Shown here: positions 32,190-46,520 of the stretch, piece by piece
Numbering within the stretch: position 1 is the first letter of the stretch
Layout of the letters: each line of letters begins with the position of its first letter
DNA from: the human T2T-CHM13v2.0 reference genome, Homo sapiens
DNA: 64,000 nucleotides
Strand: one strand, 5' to 3'
Assembly: GCF_009914755.1 (NCBI RefSeq)
Contig: NC_060926.1
Notes under the pieces: generated by a model
Told to the model about the DNA's origin: nothing
Databases searched by the model: none
What the model saw: the letters and a program-made list of their open reading frames with translations, nothing else
Program-made: the position numbers and the translations under genes

Positions 32190-32410
32190 TCAGCACTTAA
32201 TATATACCAGAAACTGTGCTAACAGCTTCACACGTGTTAACTCATTCAATCCTCACAAGAAGCTTGCCAGACAGGAACTTGTGTTTCCTCCACTTTTATA
32301 GATGAGGAAACCATGACCCAGAGAGGTTAAGTCACTTGCTCAGGGCCCCACAGCTAGAAAGGAGCATAGGCCAAATTTGACCTTGATGTCTGACTGTGGC
32401 ACCTGCACTG
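32190..32410. mobile_element. MIR
   Basis: MIR core TTTATAGATGAGGAAACCATGACCCAGAGAGGTTAAGTCACTTGCTCAGGG. Confidence 0.75.
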
Positions 32411-34260
32411 CCATATTCCCACTGAGTCCTGCAACAGTTTTGTAAGCTGTGTCTCAACATCCCACAAAGGTGTCTGCTCCATGGGGCTTCTTGACCACCT
32501 CTCCTTCAAAAAAAATAATTTAAGAATAGAGAAAATAAACCAATAGCATTTATTCCTATATGCTGTTTCTGTCCATGCTTTTATTATTGCATGTGCCACA
32601 ACTCCATGGTAGGACTTTAGAACTATGCCTTTTGGGCCATCTTTCTACCCTAAGAGCTTAGTACACAGAAATTTGTCTGGGTGAAGATATTTTTCTAGAA
32701 GCAGCCTAGTCGCAGAGCCATAGTCACCAGCTCATGCTACCACCACAGTGGTCTTGTTTCATCTCTTCTGTAGGTCAGCTGGCCGAAGCCACAGGGCTGA
32801 AGCAGATGGCTGAGCCTGCAGATGGTGCAAGGCTTCTGATGGAAGGACCTAGCAATTGAGGTAAAAGTGCAGCAAAACATTCAAGAAAAATATCTGAGCC
32901 CGCGGCAGACCACAGTCATCATTGCCCTCCTGTTAAACCAGAAGGCTTCCAAGCCTGAGAGCAGGCATGTTTGCCTGACCACAGTCTGTCCTCATTGATT
33001 AAACAGTTTATAAATGAAAATGAAATAAGAGCTCTCTGCACTGTAGTAGAAAATGTTTCCTGTGAGGCCAGTGCTGCCCAGACCTGGGAGTGTGTGGGAG
33101 ACAGCAGCATGGGTGTGTGCGAGCGCATCACCTTGGCCGCATGCCGCCCTGCACCACTCCACAGCGTGCCGTGGGGTTACTCAGCGTCACCACATCCTGG
33201 CTCGGCTGGTGCCCATAGGTGCAATGTGGCGCTTCCATGGAGCTAGCTTGATCAAAGGAGGCTCCTGGGCCTTCTAAAAACCCCCACACCAGCTCTTGGA
33301 AAAGGAGTCATAGAATAATGTCAGGGAGAAAAATGAGTAGGGGCTGGTGACCCCCCCAGAGGGAGTGGAGGGGAGGGTGGAACAGGGTAGGGCTGTGCTC
33401 TGCGTGTGCCTGTTCCTGTAACTGAGTTCCAGTCTTGAGGCGTGAAGGCATCTGCTGGAGGAAAGTGGGCTGGATGGCTCTGCCCAGGTAAATGGTCAGG
33501 AAAGAGAAAAGGAGAGCCTGGTCATTAGGACATCAACCATGTGGCTAACAGGCCACTGCGTTGATGCGTCTTGTGGCAAACTGTCCCTTTAGTGACCTGA
33601 AGATCCTCAGGTGACACAGCAACTTCCATCCTCCAGGTCAGTCCTGGCCCTGTGTGCCCCATAGCCAGGGAACAGCTGAAGTAGCCACTCCTGCAATGCC
33701 CACTTGGCTGTCACGATGCCCCACGTTCTGCCCAGGTGAGGCCAGGCTGAGGGTGGAGGGACGGGAGAGGAGAGATCATAACCCGAATCAATGCCGAATC
33801 AATGGCAGCCTCCTGTCATCGCATCCTTTTCATAGGGAGTGGGCACCAGAGAAGGCACTGGGTGCAGGGAGGAGGCAGAGGATGCAGCATGCAACCCCAC
33901 ATCTCTGAACCCACTGTGAGATGCGGCCTTTCTCCCCACCTCCCTTTGTAGGATGGTACGATGGTGGGGAAGAAGCAGCTGCAATCCTTCATCTACCTTT
34001 TCTTGTTCATTCTTCTTACGCTTTGGGTCCTTCTCCAATTCTGACATTCAAACATGGAGACTTAATACATTTGAGACTGGAGAATCTGGCTAGAATGTAC
34101 ACAGCCACATTCTGGCTTTGTGCTGGGACCGGGACCACAAGGGGACACCATCTGATTCATTCATTGCCTCTTTGGCTTTGTTTCTGGTCTGCTCTCAATG
34201 TCTTTTTGGTGACTGACTCATGGATTTTGGTTAGCACACATTTAAAAAGGTGAACATTGA

Positions 34261-34958
34261 TGTATTAGTCCATTCTGACACTGCTATAAAGAACTGCCTA
34301 GTGGGGATCTGTGGCTCACACCTGTAATCCCAGCACTTTGGGAGGCCAAGGCAGGCAGATCACGAGATCAAGAGATCAAGACCATCCCGGCCAACATGGT
34401 GAAACCCTGTCTCTACTAAAAATACAAAAATTACCTGGGTGTGATGGCGCACAACTATAGTCCCAGCTACTCAGAAGGCTTAGGCAAGAGAACCGCTTGA
34501 ACTCAGGAGGCGGAAGTTGCAGTGAGCCGAGATCGCACCACTGTACTCCAGCCTGGTGACAGAACGAGACTCCATCTCAAAAAAAAAAAACCAAAAAACT
34601 GCCCAAGACTGGGTAATTTATTATATAAAGAAAAGGTTTAATTGCCTCACAGTTCAGCATGGCTGGGGAGGCCTCAGGAAACTTACAATCATGGCAGAAG
34701 ATGAAGGGAAAGTGAGGACCTTCTTCCTTCTTCACAAGGCAGCAGGAAGAAGTGCTGAGTGAAGGTGGGGAAAAGCCCTTCATAAAACCATCAGATCTTG
34801 TGAGAACTCACTATCACAAGAACAGCATGGGGGAAACTGCCCCCATGAGTCAGTTACCTCCACCTAGTCTCTCTTTTGACACGTGGGGATTACAGGGATT
34901 TGGGGGATTACAATTCAAAATGAGATTTTGGGTGGGAACACAAAACCTAACTATATCA
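34261..34958 (-). mobile_element. THE1-type MaLR solo LTR (THE1C/D-like) split by an Alu
   Basis: TGTATTAGTCCATT...GACTGGGTAATTTA...GGCCTCAGGAAACTTACAATCATGGCAGAAG...CTATATCA. Confidence 0.88.
34301..34594 (+). mobile_element. AluSc-like inside THE1
   Basis: TCAAGAGATCAAGACCATCC; TSD-like AACTGCC on both sides. Confidence 0.9.
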
Positions 34959-35503
34959 ACAGAAATGCAAAGAAATGGTTTTGGGGTTGGTAATGCTTCC
35001 TTTCAGATACAACTACCTTTTCCGGTAGGCTACAAAAAATATATTTAAAAAGCCGTGTCCTGCCTAGAAAATATCCCTTACTTCTCTTTGAGGAGACATT
35101 GACAAGCAGGCTGGATGGAACACTTTTATTTTCATGCCTGGCTGTCCTTAGCTCCGTCACTGGTTAACAGGAGGTGTCTCAATGCCATTACAGGCAGACT
35201 GAAAACTGCCGCAAAAGAGCAATGAGAAGCAGGGTTCTCTGGAGTCCAGCTCTGAGAGAAGCCTTGAGGGAAAAGGAAAATGGCTGAGTCTGTAGAACTC
35301 CTGGCTTCTCTTCTGCTGCTGCAGTTGTCCAAAAGAGCCACCCATCAGCCACACATGCAAGGGGTGGGGGGATTCCTGGAATTTCTCTGCCACCTTACTG
35401 CACTCTTCACCCTCAGTGTCACTTTTGCCTCTTGGGGATGCAGTGGTTGGTATCCACAAAGAAGCAAGTGGAGTCAGCTTCTCAAATGTCTAATCAGCGC
35501 TAT

Positions 35504-36260
35504 TGTAGTTTGGGTTTCCTGGGAAACAGACTCTGAGATGGAGGCTTGAGTGCAGGGGGGTTGTTGGGGAGTACGCTCAGGAACAACACTGTAAGGGAGT
35601 GACGGAAGCAGGGTGGATGAAAGGAGAACTCGAACCGCAATGCAGTCACAGCGAGGCCTCAGTTCTGAAGCTGGGGTGGCCCTCAGATGTGTCTCAAATT
35701 GAAGCAAAGGGTACAGGCCTTTGGGCCTCCACTTCGACTAGACCCTGGCTTACCTAGCAACGGGCATAGCCTTGGCTGAGGTAGCTCCCTTCAGCCAAGG
35801 ACAATTTGTGGGGAAGCCTCGACCGAGAACAAAGCCATCAGCAAGCACCACTCCTGTACGTATCAACTGGAGGAACGAGTGCCTCGGTCCTGGAGCGGGA
35901 TTCTTGTGTCCGCTGCCATCCACCCCTGGTGTCGCTTAGCATACCTCCCTAGCTAGAGAGTAAGTCCCTTGATCCTTGTGATAGTTTGCAGGAGTCTATG
36001 TTAGTGGATGGAACATTCTGGAAGCCCTTGGATAGTGGTGCTGGCTGAGGCAGGAAAGATGAATCAAGGCATGTCACATGTATTCTTTCCAGTCAAGAGG
36101 AATCAGTGACCCTCATGGGGTGGGAGGAGTCCAATGTTTTCAGCTTGCCAGCAGTTGGTTGGTTGGTCTTCATGAGGGATGGTGCTTTATAGGGGACTCA
36201 CTGTTGGTTTCTGTTGCCAGGACTTTGGTCATTCTGCAGTGGCAGGTCTAGTGAGTGGGA
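35504..36260 (-). mobile_element. ERVL LTR (LTR16-like) with probable adjoining internal fragment
   Basis: GGGTTTCCTGGGAAACAGACTCTGAGATGGAG...GGAAGCAGG resembles the LTR16 family reverse strand; the downstream segment resembles ERVL internal sequence. Confidence 0.5.
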
Positions 36261-36314
36261 GCACAGATTATCTATTGTATTACTTATAAATAATCAGCTT
36301 TTGGATTTATTTAA

Positions 36315-36700
<386 letters not shown>

Positions 36701-37351
36701 TAGTTTTTGTTTTGTTTTGTTTTTTTGTTTTTCTTTTTCTGACCTCCGCTGCCTACCCTTATTTTTTCCTCAGCTTATCTCTTGAATGGCTTGTCACAGA
36801 AAGATCTTGGGTCAGGAGTCAGCCAGAATACTGCAGAGTCCACTGTCCCAAAGGTTCTGAAGTCCTTCCCTCCTCCCCACCCCTCTGAGGTGGGTACTCT
36901 CACAGGTGGCCTGTCTTCATCTTGCTGTAATTTAGGGAGACCAAACACTTTGTTAGGAAGGCATCCAGGTTCCTTGCTAGGGTAAGAAGCCTGTTGTACT
37001 TTTTGTGATTTTTTTTTTCTGGAATCTAAGGAGGAATTTTTCCTTTTCATCTTTGATCCTGCCCTTGGCTTGGAAGGAAAGTAATGGAAACCAAAATGTT
37101 GGACCTTGGGCTCCAAAGTGAAGCCCTTCCTGTGAACACCACCAAATTGACAGGGGCAGCTCCAGGGTGCCCTAAACACACTTTAAGTTTCTGCAGCTCA
37201 GCTGGGGAGGGCTTTCCTTTACCCTACTTAAGCGTCAGTTCCCTGCTCTGTAAAATGCCCTTGCTGGTTACTGTGCGGATTAAATGAAATGCCTAGCACA
37301 GAGCTTGGCACTCAGTCCTTGCTCAATAAATGTTCATTGTTACTGGTAGTA

Positions 37352-37704
37352 CAGATAGGGTATTCCTTATTTGAAATGCTTGGGGCCAGAAGTGTTTCAG
37401 ATTTTGAATATTTTTGGATTTTAGAATATTTCATATACATAATGAGATATCTTGGGGATGAGATCCAAGTCTAAATAGGAAATTTATTTATGTTTCTTAT
37501 ACACCTTTATACACATAGCCTGGGGGTAATTTCAGTTTTCCCTTGGAGATGCTGAATAAAATCCATGTTGTGCGCCTGCATTTTGACTGCGACCTGTCAT
37601 ATGAGATCAGGTATGGAGTTATCCACCTGTGGTGTCATGTCAGCACTCAAAATATTTTGGGTTTTGGAATGTTTTGGATTTGGTGATTAGGGATGCTCAA
37701 CCTG
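37352..37704. mobile_element. Tigger4/MER46-like TcMar MITE
   Basis: GAAATGCTTGGGGCCAGAAGTGTTTCAGATTTTG internal sequence; right TIR TTAGGGATGCTCAACCTG; TA at left end. Confidence 0.8.
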
Positions 37705-38064
37705 TGATGATCTCTGCACTCCTTTCAAGCCTTCCTGAGGGCAGGCAGCTGTCTTAGTCACCTCATTATCCCCCTGAACTTTGAATATGCTCAGTGAATG
37801 CTTTGGAGGCTAACAGAAGAGTCTCCATCTGGAAAATGTGGGATCCCTGTAAAACTGCCCAGGCCTGATTTTTTTTTTTTTTTTTCAGTAAGCCTCTTGC
37901 ATTCCTACTGCTTTTTCTACTGCAGCCCATGTCTGGCTGTAGGTATCAGGTCTCTTACCCAAGTACAGCCCCTACACAGCAGTACTTCATAATGATGCTG
38001 TTGGTTGGGATTACCATCACAGTCTCATTTGGCTTGGCCAGCCCAGGTAGGTTTGTTTATGATG

Positions 38065-38745
38065 CGAAAATTCACGCAGTGCAGATTTATTCAATATTGC
38101 TCAACCTTGGAAGCAACCCAGGTGTCCTTCAATAGGTGAACAGATAAATAAACTGGGGTTGATCCAGATGAAGAAATATTATTCAGTGCTAAAAAGAAAT
38201 GAGCTATCAAGCCATGAAAAGACATGGAGGAACCTTAAATGCATATTACTAAGTGAAAGAAGCCAATCTGAAAAGTCTACATACTGTATGATTCCAACTG
38301 TTTGACGTTCCATAGAAGCTAAAAGTATGGGGACAGTAAACAGAGCAGTGGTTGCCAAAGGTTGGGGGCAGAGCGAGATGCACAGAACATGAGGATTTTT
38401 AGGGCAGTGAAAATATTCTGTATGATACTACAATTACGGATATATGTCATTATACATTTATCAAAAACCATGGAAAGTACAACACCAAGAGTGAACCCTG
38501 ATGTAAACTATAGACTTTGGCTAATAATGATGTGTTCGGGCAGGTTTATTAATTGTAACAAAAGTACCAGTCTGGTGTAATCTGGTGTGGGGTGTTGATA
38601 GTGGGGGAGGTTGTACATGTAGGGAAAGGGAAAGGGGGTAAATGGGAATTTTCTGTACTTTCCTCTTAATTTTGCTTGTAACCTAAAACTATTCTGGCAA
38701 AAAAAAAAAAAAAAAAAAGAAAAGAAAAAATCTATTAAAAAGAAA
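38065..38745 (+). mobile_element. L1MC-like 3' end
   Basis: AAAAAGAAATGAGCTATCAAGCCATGAAAAGACATGGAGGAACCTTAAATGCATATTACTAAGTGAAAGAAGCC; A-rich tail. Confidence 0.85.
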
Positions 38746-38937
38746 AAAGCCTGCCAGATGAATGAGTGTGGAATTATGTGACGGGGATTCTATGTGGTCT
38801 CTGTGATAGGCCATGCATCGTGGGAATTTGCAGGGAACATGAAAGCCTTTATGACTGGCTATCTTCCCTCATCTTTCCTTGGAAAGGACCAATTCAGGAA
38901 CAATAAAAATAGTTATAGCCACATCTCTTTTTAATCA

Positions 38938-39315
<378 letters not shown>

Positions 39316-41854
39316 TTACTTTTTAATTTTTATTATCTGGTCATGTTTAGAAAGTAGCAACATGGAGGCGGGTATCTAATTTTTTATTATGAAATCAGAT
39401 AACTGGCTCTTGAAGCTCGGAGGATTATGGTTGGCTCTATCAGTTCTTGATTGTGCTGGTTGCTGGTGCGTGTTCCTGGATCTTACGGAAGCCAAAGCAC
39501 ACATAGGGAGCAATCAAAGGGCTGCGAGGAGCCATTGGGAAGCAATGTGCTTCAAATGGTATTTTGTGAAGATTAATATGTCAGCTGTGATGACAGTAGA
39601 TTCAGCCAGGGGAGAAATGGAGGCAGGGAGACCCATTGCATGATGTTATTGCAACAGATGTGAGGTGAAAAAGATACAAATTTTGGTGAGAACCAAAGGA
39701 CTGTAAGAAGGGATTGTGAGCTGTGAGGATAAATGAAAAGTCAAAACATTCATGGGGAGGAGGTGTTGGTCACTGGATGTAGATGTAAGGCCTTCTCCAT
39801 TGCGGGGTGTGGCATAATACCTAAAATGAAGCCTCCACTGTTACGTGCTGCCTTGACAGCTGGTAAAATTGGGAGAGCTGCAAGTGGCCTAATTCCAACT
39901 TCCCATCCTCATTCAACTCCCATGGATAAGGTCCGCCAACCAAACTCCCAGCCTTATCAAAGGCCCCAGACACAGTTCCTGCTGGTCCTGAGCACCAGGT
40001 CTCAGTTCCCTGCCAGCCCATGGAATATGTCAAACATGACAATCACATCTTTGTGTGGGAGCCAGGGGTCACCTCACTGTCTTGACACTGCACAGCCCCT
40101 GGTGGTTCACTCTGTTCCCAAATGCAAATTCTGTGTAGCCCTGCATGGCGTGCAGTGTCTCCTCCCCCAAGCTGTGAGTACCTGTGACTAGTGTATACAT
40201 ATATGTCCACTGCCAGGTCCCTTTCTTTGGCCATCCCCATAACCATAGGGCAGGAATCCCCTCAGCCCCCTCACCGACAGGGTGGATGGCAATTGATTAA
40301 AACAGGATGTAGCATAGTTAGGGTGAGGCTGAAGGTAGTTCCACACATAGAGGCAAAGAATTTCAAAGCCAGAGAGCTGATCTCACCCTGTAGATAAGAA
40401 AACAGACCTAAAGGGCAGGGTTTCTGATTGTCTATGCCTCTTCCACATCTCAAGAAGGAGATTTGAAAGCTAAGGGCAGGAGAAACGTATATATAAAGGT
40501 AAATGCCACTGAATAATGACATGAAAATTATAGATGTTCTAGATGATGTTATCTTCCTCCAGAGTTGACTGACTTTTGCTTCTATAGGGCAACTAGAATA
40601 GGGCTGTTTGCCTTAATCCAACCTTGAATTGATCTGATCTGAGGTTAGGTTTCACTCTTCCTGAGACAGAGCTATTTCTGGTTCTTTCTTGTTCCTATGG
40701 TGTGGCCCTTCGGGGATCCCAACTGAGAACCTGAGGTATTTACCCATGCCGCTTCTACTTGACTCCAACTTTTATTTCTTCAACCCTGTGAAACTACTGG
40801 AAATTCCATTCAGTCTCTCTGTCCCTTAGCCATCTCTTTCTGATTGTATTCTCCGCCTCTCAGCCCCATCTCTCCTATGAATCAAATGCCTAGGTGGGAT
40901 GGGGGGTAAGGGAAGTGGCTCCACTTGGGTCTGCCTCAATGTATTTCCTTTCTTTCCTGGACCTTGCCCCTAATTTATGCCTGCCTTGGTCACTCTATCT
41001 GTTTGATGACTTCAAACAGATGATCTTTTTACAAAAATTTAGCCATTCTAGTTGTTTTCAATGGAGAGTTGCTCTAATACAAGTTAAACTTTTGGAGCCA
41101 GAGTAGAAATCTAGCTCATGCAGCATTTCTTGAATATTTACTGTCTGCTCAGCATTGTGGAGCTTCAGTGCATATAAAAGAGATAAAAGACTCACTCCTG
41201 ATCTGCATTCATTTGGGGAGATAAGACAATATCCAGAATAATTATAGCATACTACAAAGAGTACATGATTAGGTGAGAAATGAAACACTAGAGTGAGCCG
41301 TAGTAAGCAAAGAAAGTTTCTTTGTTCCTCAACTCCTAATCCAAAACAATAGTAAAATCTCGCTGTCAATTTCTGAAGGTGTGTATGCAGGTGGATGTGC
41401 TCCTGTGCACGGAAATGCACATTTGGAAGGAGTGACTGGGTCTGGACTGGAGAGCGTGGGGCAAGAATAGCCTCAAGTGAAGACCATGCATGTTGTCCCA
41501 GCCTTGCTTTGGCCAATCTGATGCATCTGAGTAAGAACTGCCTTGCAGTGAAGTTCTAGGTGTAGACAGGTGCTCCCACATTAAGCAGCTAGTTTCCTTG
41601 TCTTGCTTTGGTTGTCTCTCATTTGCCTGTTCATTCCTTTCTTGCCTTAGAATCAGGACTATAGTGAGATATTTCTATTGAAAAAGGCAAGAGAATTTGC
41701 CTCCAAATAACCTGTAGAGTCAAAAAGTTGTAATTCAGCATATATTCAGTGACTTTATAGTCACTTTTGAAGTAGGAATCATTTTCCCTATTTGACAGAT
41801 TTAAAAAGCAGACATTGAGGTTCAGAGCAGTTAAGTCATGTAGTTAGTAAGAAC

Positions 41855-42003
41855 CTTTTTTTTTTTTTTTCTTTTTGAGACTGGGTCTTGCTACATTACC
41901 CAGGCTGGACTTGAACTCCTGGGCTCCAGCGATCCATCTCCTTCAGCTTCTCGAGGCCCTCCCACTCCCGGCTGGGGCTATTGTGTGGACCACCAGCCTG
42001 GCT
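41855..42003 (-). mobile_element. FLAM/Alu monomer
   Basis: Poly-T followed by a diverged monomer reverse complement. Confidence 0.8.
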
Positions 42004-43136
42004 GTAAGAGGTGTTTTTACTCCAAAACGGATGCCCTTTCCACCACACCCATTGGGTTATGCTCCTTGCCAGACACTTCTCAAACAAAATGTGCTTCCTC
42101 ACTTTGATACCTTCTTGGTGTCCCCGGTTCCCCTGGGAAATAACCGCTTTGGAAAGTCTAATACCCAGATGTATTGGGAAATGATTTGGAGTAAGCTTTT
42201 CCCAATCTCTGGGAAAACTCAGCTTACAAAAGTTTCCCAGAGGCAAAATTCCCTTTTATTTTTGTTGATGTCAGAGCATTACAAGGACACAGTGATTGTA
42301 ACTAGTTCGTTTGCTTTAGTTGTGAGCAGATGAACCAAAAAAATCAAAGGAGCCAGCTAAAGCAGCACTCAGCTTTGCAGCTCTATTCCTCTGTCTGAGA
42401 CGGGTAAAGGGTGTGCTCTCTGTAGCGAGAGAGCCAACAAGAAACATCATGGGCAGGTCGGAAAAATGAACCTGAGGCTTCAAGTTTTCTGAGTTTTCTG
42501 GAAGGCTATGTTGACTCTTCCATTTATTTTCTGCCTCATTTGAACTCATTTCCCACCCCCCAGGTGTGGCATTTTCAGCTCATCCTACTGACCTCTTTAC
42601 TCACAGATGAGCTTATTGCTCATCTGTGGGTCAGTGATTGTCTCCTCAGTGGGGGCTGCTGAGAGGGACAAAGAGTTCACAGCAGGAAGACTGGCATCTT
42701 GGCTGTTTGAGAAAGAGTCCTAGATAGGTTGCTTCTTTGGCTTTCTGGAAAGCAGCAGGTAGTGACTTAAGCCAGAGTGACTTCTGAGAAGGGTCAGAAG
42801 AAAATGTCAAAGGGGGTGACAGCTTGGGAGAAGAGGTGGGGAGTGGGCAGTGGGGAGGGATGAGGAGAAACAGGAACAAAGATATGGAGAGTATGAGTGA
42901 GTTTTTGTTCTCCCATAGAGATGATGGGCAGGTTCTTTGAAACCAAGTCACTGCTTTCTCTCTAGCAATAGCTATTTCCTTTGAAGAATGATGATACCAA
43001 GTGAGACCAATGTCAAGTGGTCAAAAGACAGAATGAAACTGGGAGGAATGGCCCATTGTCTAAACAAGCCAGCTGTTGAGGAAGCAAAACATTTCTCAGT
43101 CCAGTCATATACATACAGCACAGAAAAAGGCATCCC

Positions 43137-43587
43137 TGTTACAGATAGAATTATGTCTCCCCAAAGCCGAAGTCCTAACCCTCAGTATCTCAGAATATAA
43201 TCTTATTTGGTGATAGGGTCTTTACAGAGGTAATCAGGTTAAAATGAGGTCATTAGGGTGGGCTCTAATACAATATGACTAGTAGCTTTAGGAAATGAGG
43301 ACATTTGTCCACAGACAAACCCACAGGGAGAACGCCAAGTGAAGATAAAGGTAGAGATCAGGGTGATGCTTCTTCAAGCCAAAGAACACAAAAGACCACT
43401 CATCCTCCAGAAACCAGGGGAGAGGCACGGAGCAGATTTTTCCACACAGCCCTTACAAGGAACCAACCCTGCCAACACCTTGATCTTGGGTTTGTAGCCT
43501 CCAGAACTGTGAAACAATACATTTCTGGTTGTTTAAGCCAACCAGTGTGTAGTACATTGTCACGCAGCTCTCGCTAACTATTATATC
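43137..43587 (+). mobile_element. MLT1B/C solo LTR
   Basis: GAAGTCCTAACCCTCAGTATCTCAGAAT...GCCTCCAGAACTGTGAAACAATACATTTCTGGTTGTTTAAGCCA. Confidence 0.85.
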
Positions 43588-44098
43588 ACCTTTGGTATCC
43601 AACACTAATTCTCAGACATACTTCCCTACATGATTGTAACTGTTTCCTTTCAGTAAAGAAACTGAGAAATTGAAGAATGTGAAAGAAAAAAAATACATCA
43701 AATTATGAACAATGCAGTCAATCTTTCATAAACAAAACCCCAGGAAAATTTTGCGTCAGGAAAATGAAGGCAATATGGTTAGCACTTCATCTAATTTTCT
43801 GCCTAATAATTATTCCCTGTCAGTTAAATATCAATACAGGGAAAGAGTTGGCTTGACAAATGAGTGGTTAAAAGCTTTAGAGATGCTGGAACAATAAGAG
43901 AAAGGCTATTGCAAAATTACAAGAGGAAGGAGTAAAGAAATAGGATGGAAAATAAGTTGATAAAGAGGCAATTCGGCAGCAGGTGAAATGGGGCGAGTTA
44001 TGATAACAAATGTAACAGAAAGAATGAGATGCTTGAATCTATGTATTTTATATGTCGTATAATATAGATACATGTTTATTTTTTACCTTCTCATTCTA

Positions 44099-44596
<498 letters not shown>

Positions 44597-45742
44597 TTAT
44601 GGAATTGATCTGCCTGCAGCTCAGGCCCCCAGAATTCCGAAGAACTTCCTGCTGCCCTTGTGTGCCTCGTCAGGGCACACAAGGCTCTTTGCATGTCCAA
44701 GTAAGAAATTGTGGGTGCTTCCACTTGAGCCAGGAGCTACTCAGGTGACACTCTTGGACACTCTAATTACATTTGCAATGGCTAGTGCTGCAGCAGGTGG
44801 TATCTTCCTGGAATAATCTGCATGGAGCCTTACACATCAGCTACATAGATTGATGTCGAATAGTGAAGACTTCTTTATCATGCAAGTATTGGAGGATGAG
44901 ACTAGTATCTACCAATACAGGTGGACCATGCCAGAACATAGCATAGTATAAAAATAGCTTATACTATTTATTAGTATAAACTTCACAAAATAAGCTGGTC
45001 TCCAATATATCCAAATATGTGTACTAAAAGGTCTATTGTAGTGGGAAGCTACCATAATAAGAACACAATGTAATACATCTTGTATAGGATGTACCAAGGC
45101 AGCAGGATATGCTACATAGATTCTGGTCTCCCAAATTGTTCAAAGGAATTCTTTCATAGAAGGTGACATTTAAATACAACTTAGACTTACAAACACACCC
45201 ACACATGCGTAATATGCCTTGATCATAGGAATTTTGTTCAATATCTGACAGCCCAGTCCCACCATAGTCAGTCGCAGCAAAGAGGGCAGAATTTTTCAAA
45301 GGTGAAATGGTTGACTCTAAGAAAATAAAGGAGAGTTACTCTCACAGAATTCAGTCCCTGGCTACCCAAGCCTATGGAACTCTTTCTTCTCCCGTGGTGT
45401 TAATGTCATGTCTGATTCTCCCACGGAAGGCACTCCTTGCGTAATCACACCTTGACCCTGGCAATGACGAGCCCCGGATGAAGCAGGGGAGGGTCCAAGG
45501 ACCTCCACAGCTGCCGCAGAGATAGGTTCAGGGGCCTCTGATCAGTCTGTGGCAAAGGACTCATGCTTGTCATTTGCTGCTGAGGAGATGGGTAGTGAAT
45601 GACTGATTGTAATCCATGGAGCTAGGAACAGTGGAGCTAGTTCACTATGCCTTCTTTGACTCAGGAAGGCTAATTTCTATGCCTTCTTTGACTCAAGGCA
45701 ATAATGTGGTACTATGGTACTGCATCATTATTCCTTCATTAA

Positions 45743-46072
<330 letters not shown>

Positions 46073-46339
46073 TATTTTTTTCTACTTAATAGACATGTAT
46101 TAAGCACGTGTGATGGGCTAGGCAGTATGGGTATGATGTTGAGAAGCCTCCCAATAGTCATCATTAAGATCTTCAACACACACTGAAGAAAGGTACTGGA
46201 AATATAAGACCTGGCCCATGTTCTCAATAAACACAAGAAAAAATATTCTTTCTATTACACTGAAATCTCAATAAACTTATCACTCTGATTTACATATGCA
46301 TGATTTTAATACGATATGATAAAAACATGTATTTCAAAG

Positions 46340-46520
46340 TAGTGGTTCTCAACCTTGGCCCACAGGCTGATCACATAGAGAACTTTTTAAAAACCCTGAT
46401 GTCCACTGCCCCACTTCAACCAATTGAATCAAAATCTCTGGGAATGGGGTCCAGGCATTAGTATAAATTTTTTAAGATTCCAAGTGATTCTACTATACTG
46501 CCAGGGCTAAGAACGACTAC
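46340..46520. mobile_element. MER5-like
   Basis: AGTGGTTCTCAACCTTGGCC...TGAATCAAAATCTCTGGG...CCAGGGCTAAGAAC. Confidence 0.7.

Noticed and set aside
39733-42333. 152-aa ORFs at 39733, 41058 and 41875
   Set aside because: No domain similarity or exon context; they partly overlap L2 or Alu remnants.
45272-45292. CTCF-like motif CAGCAAAGAGGGCAG
   Set aside because: The 5' half mismatches the core consensus, so it is too weak to call.
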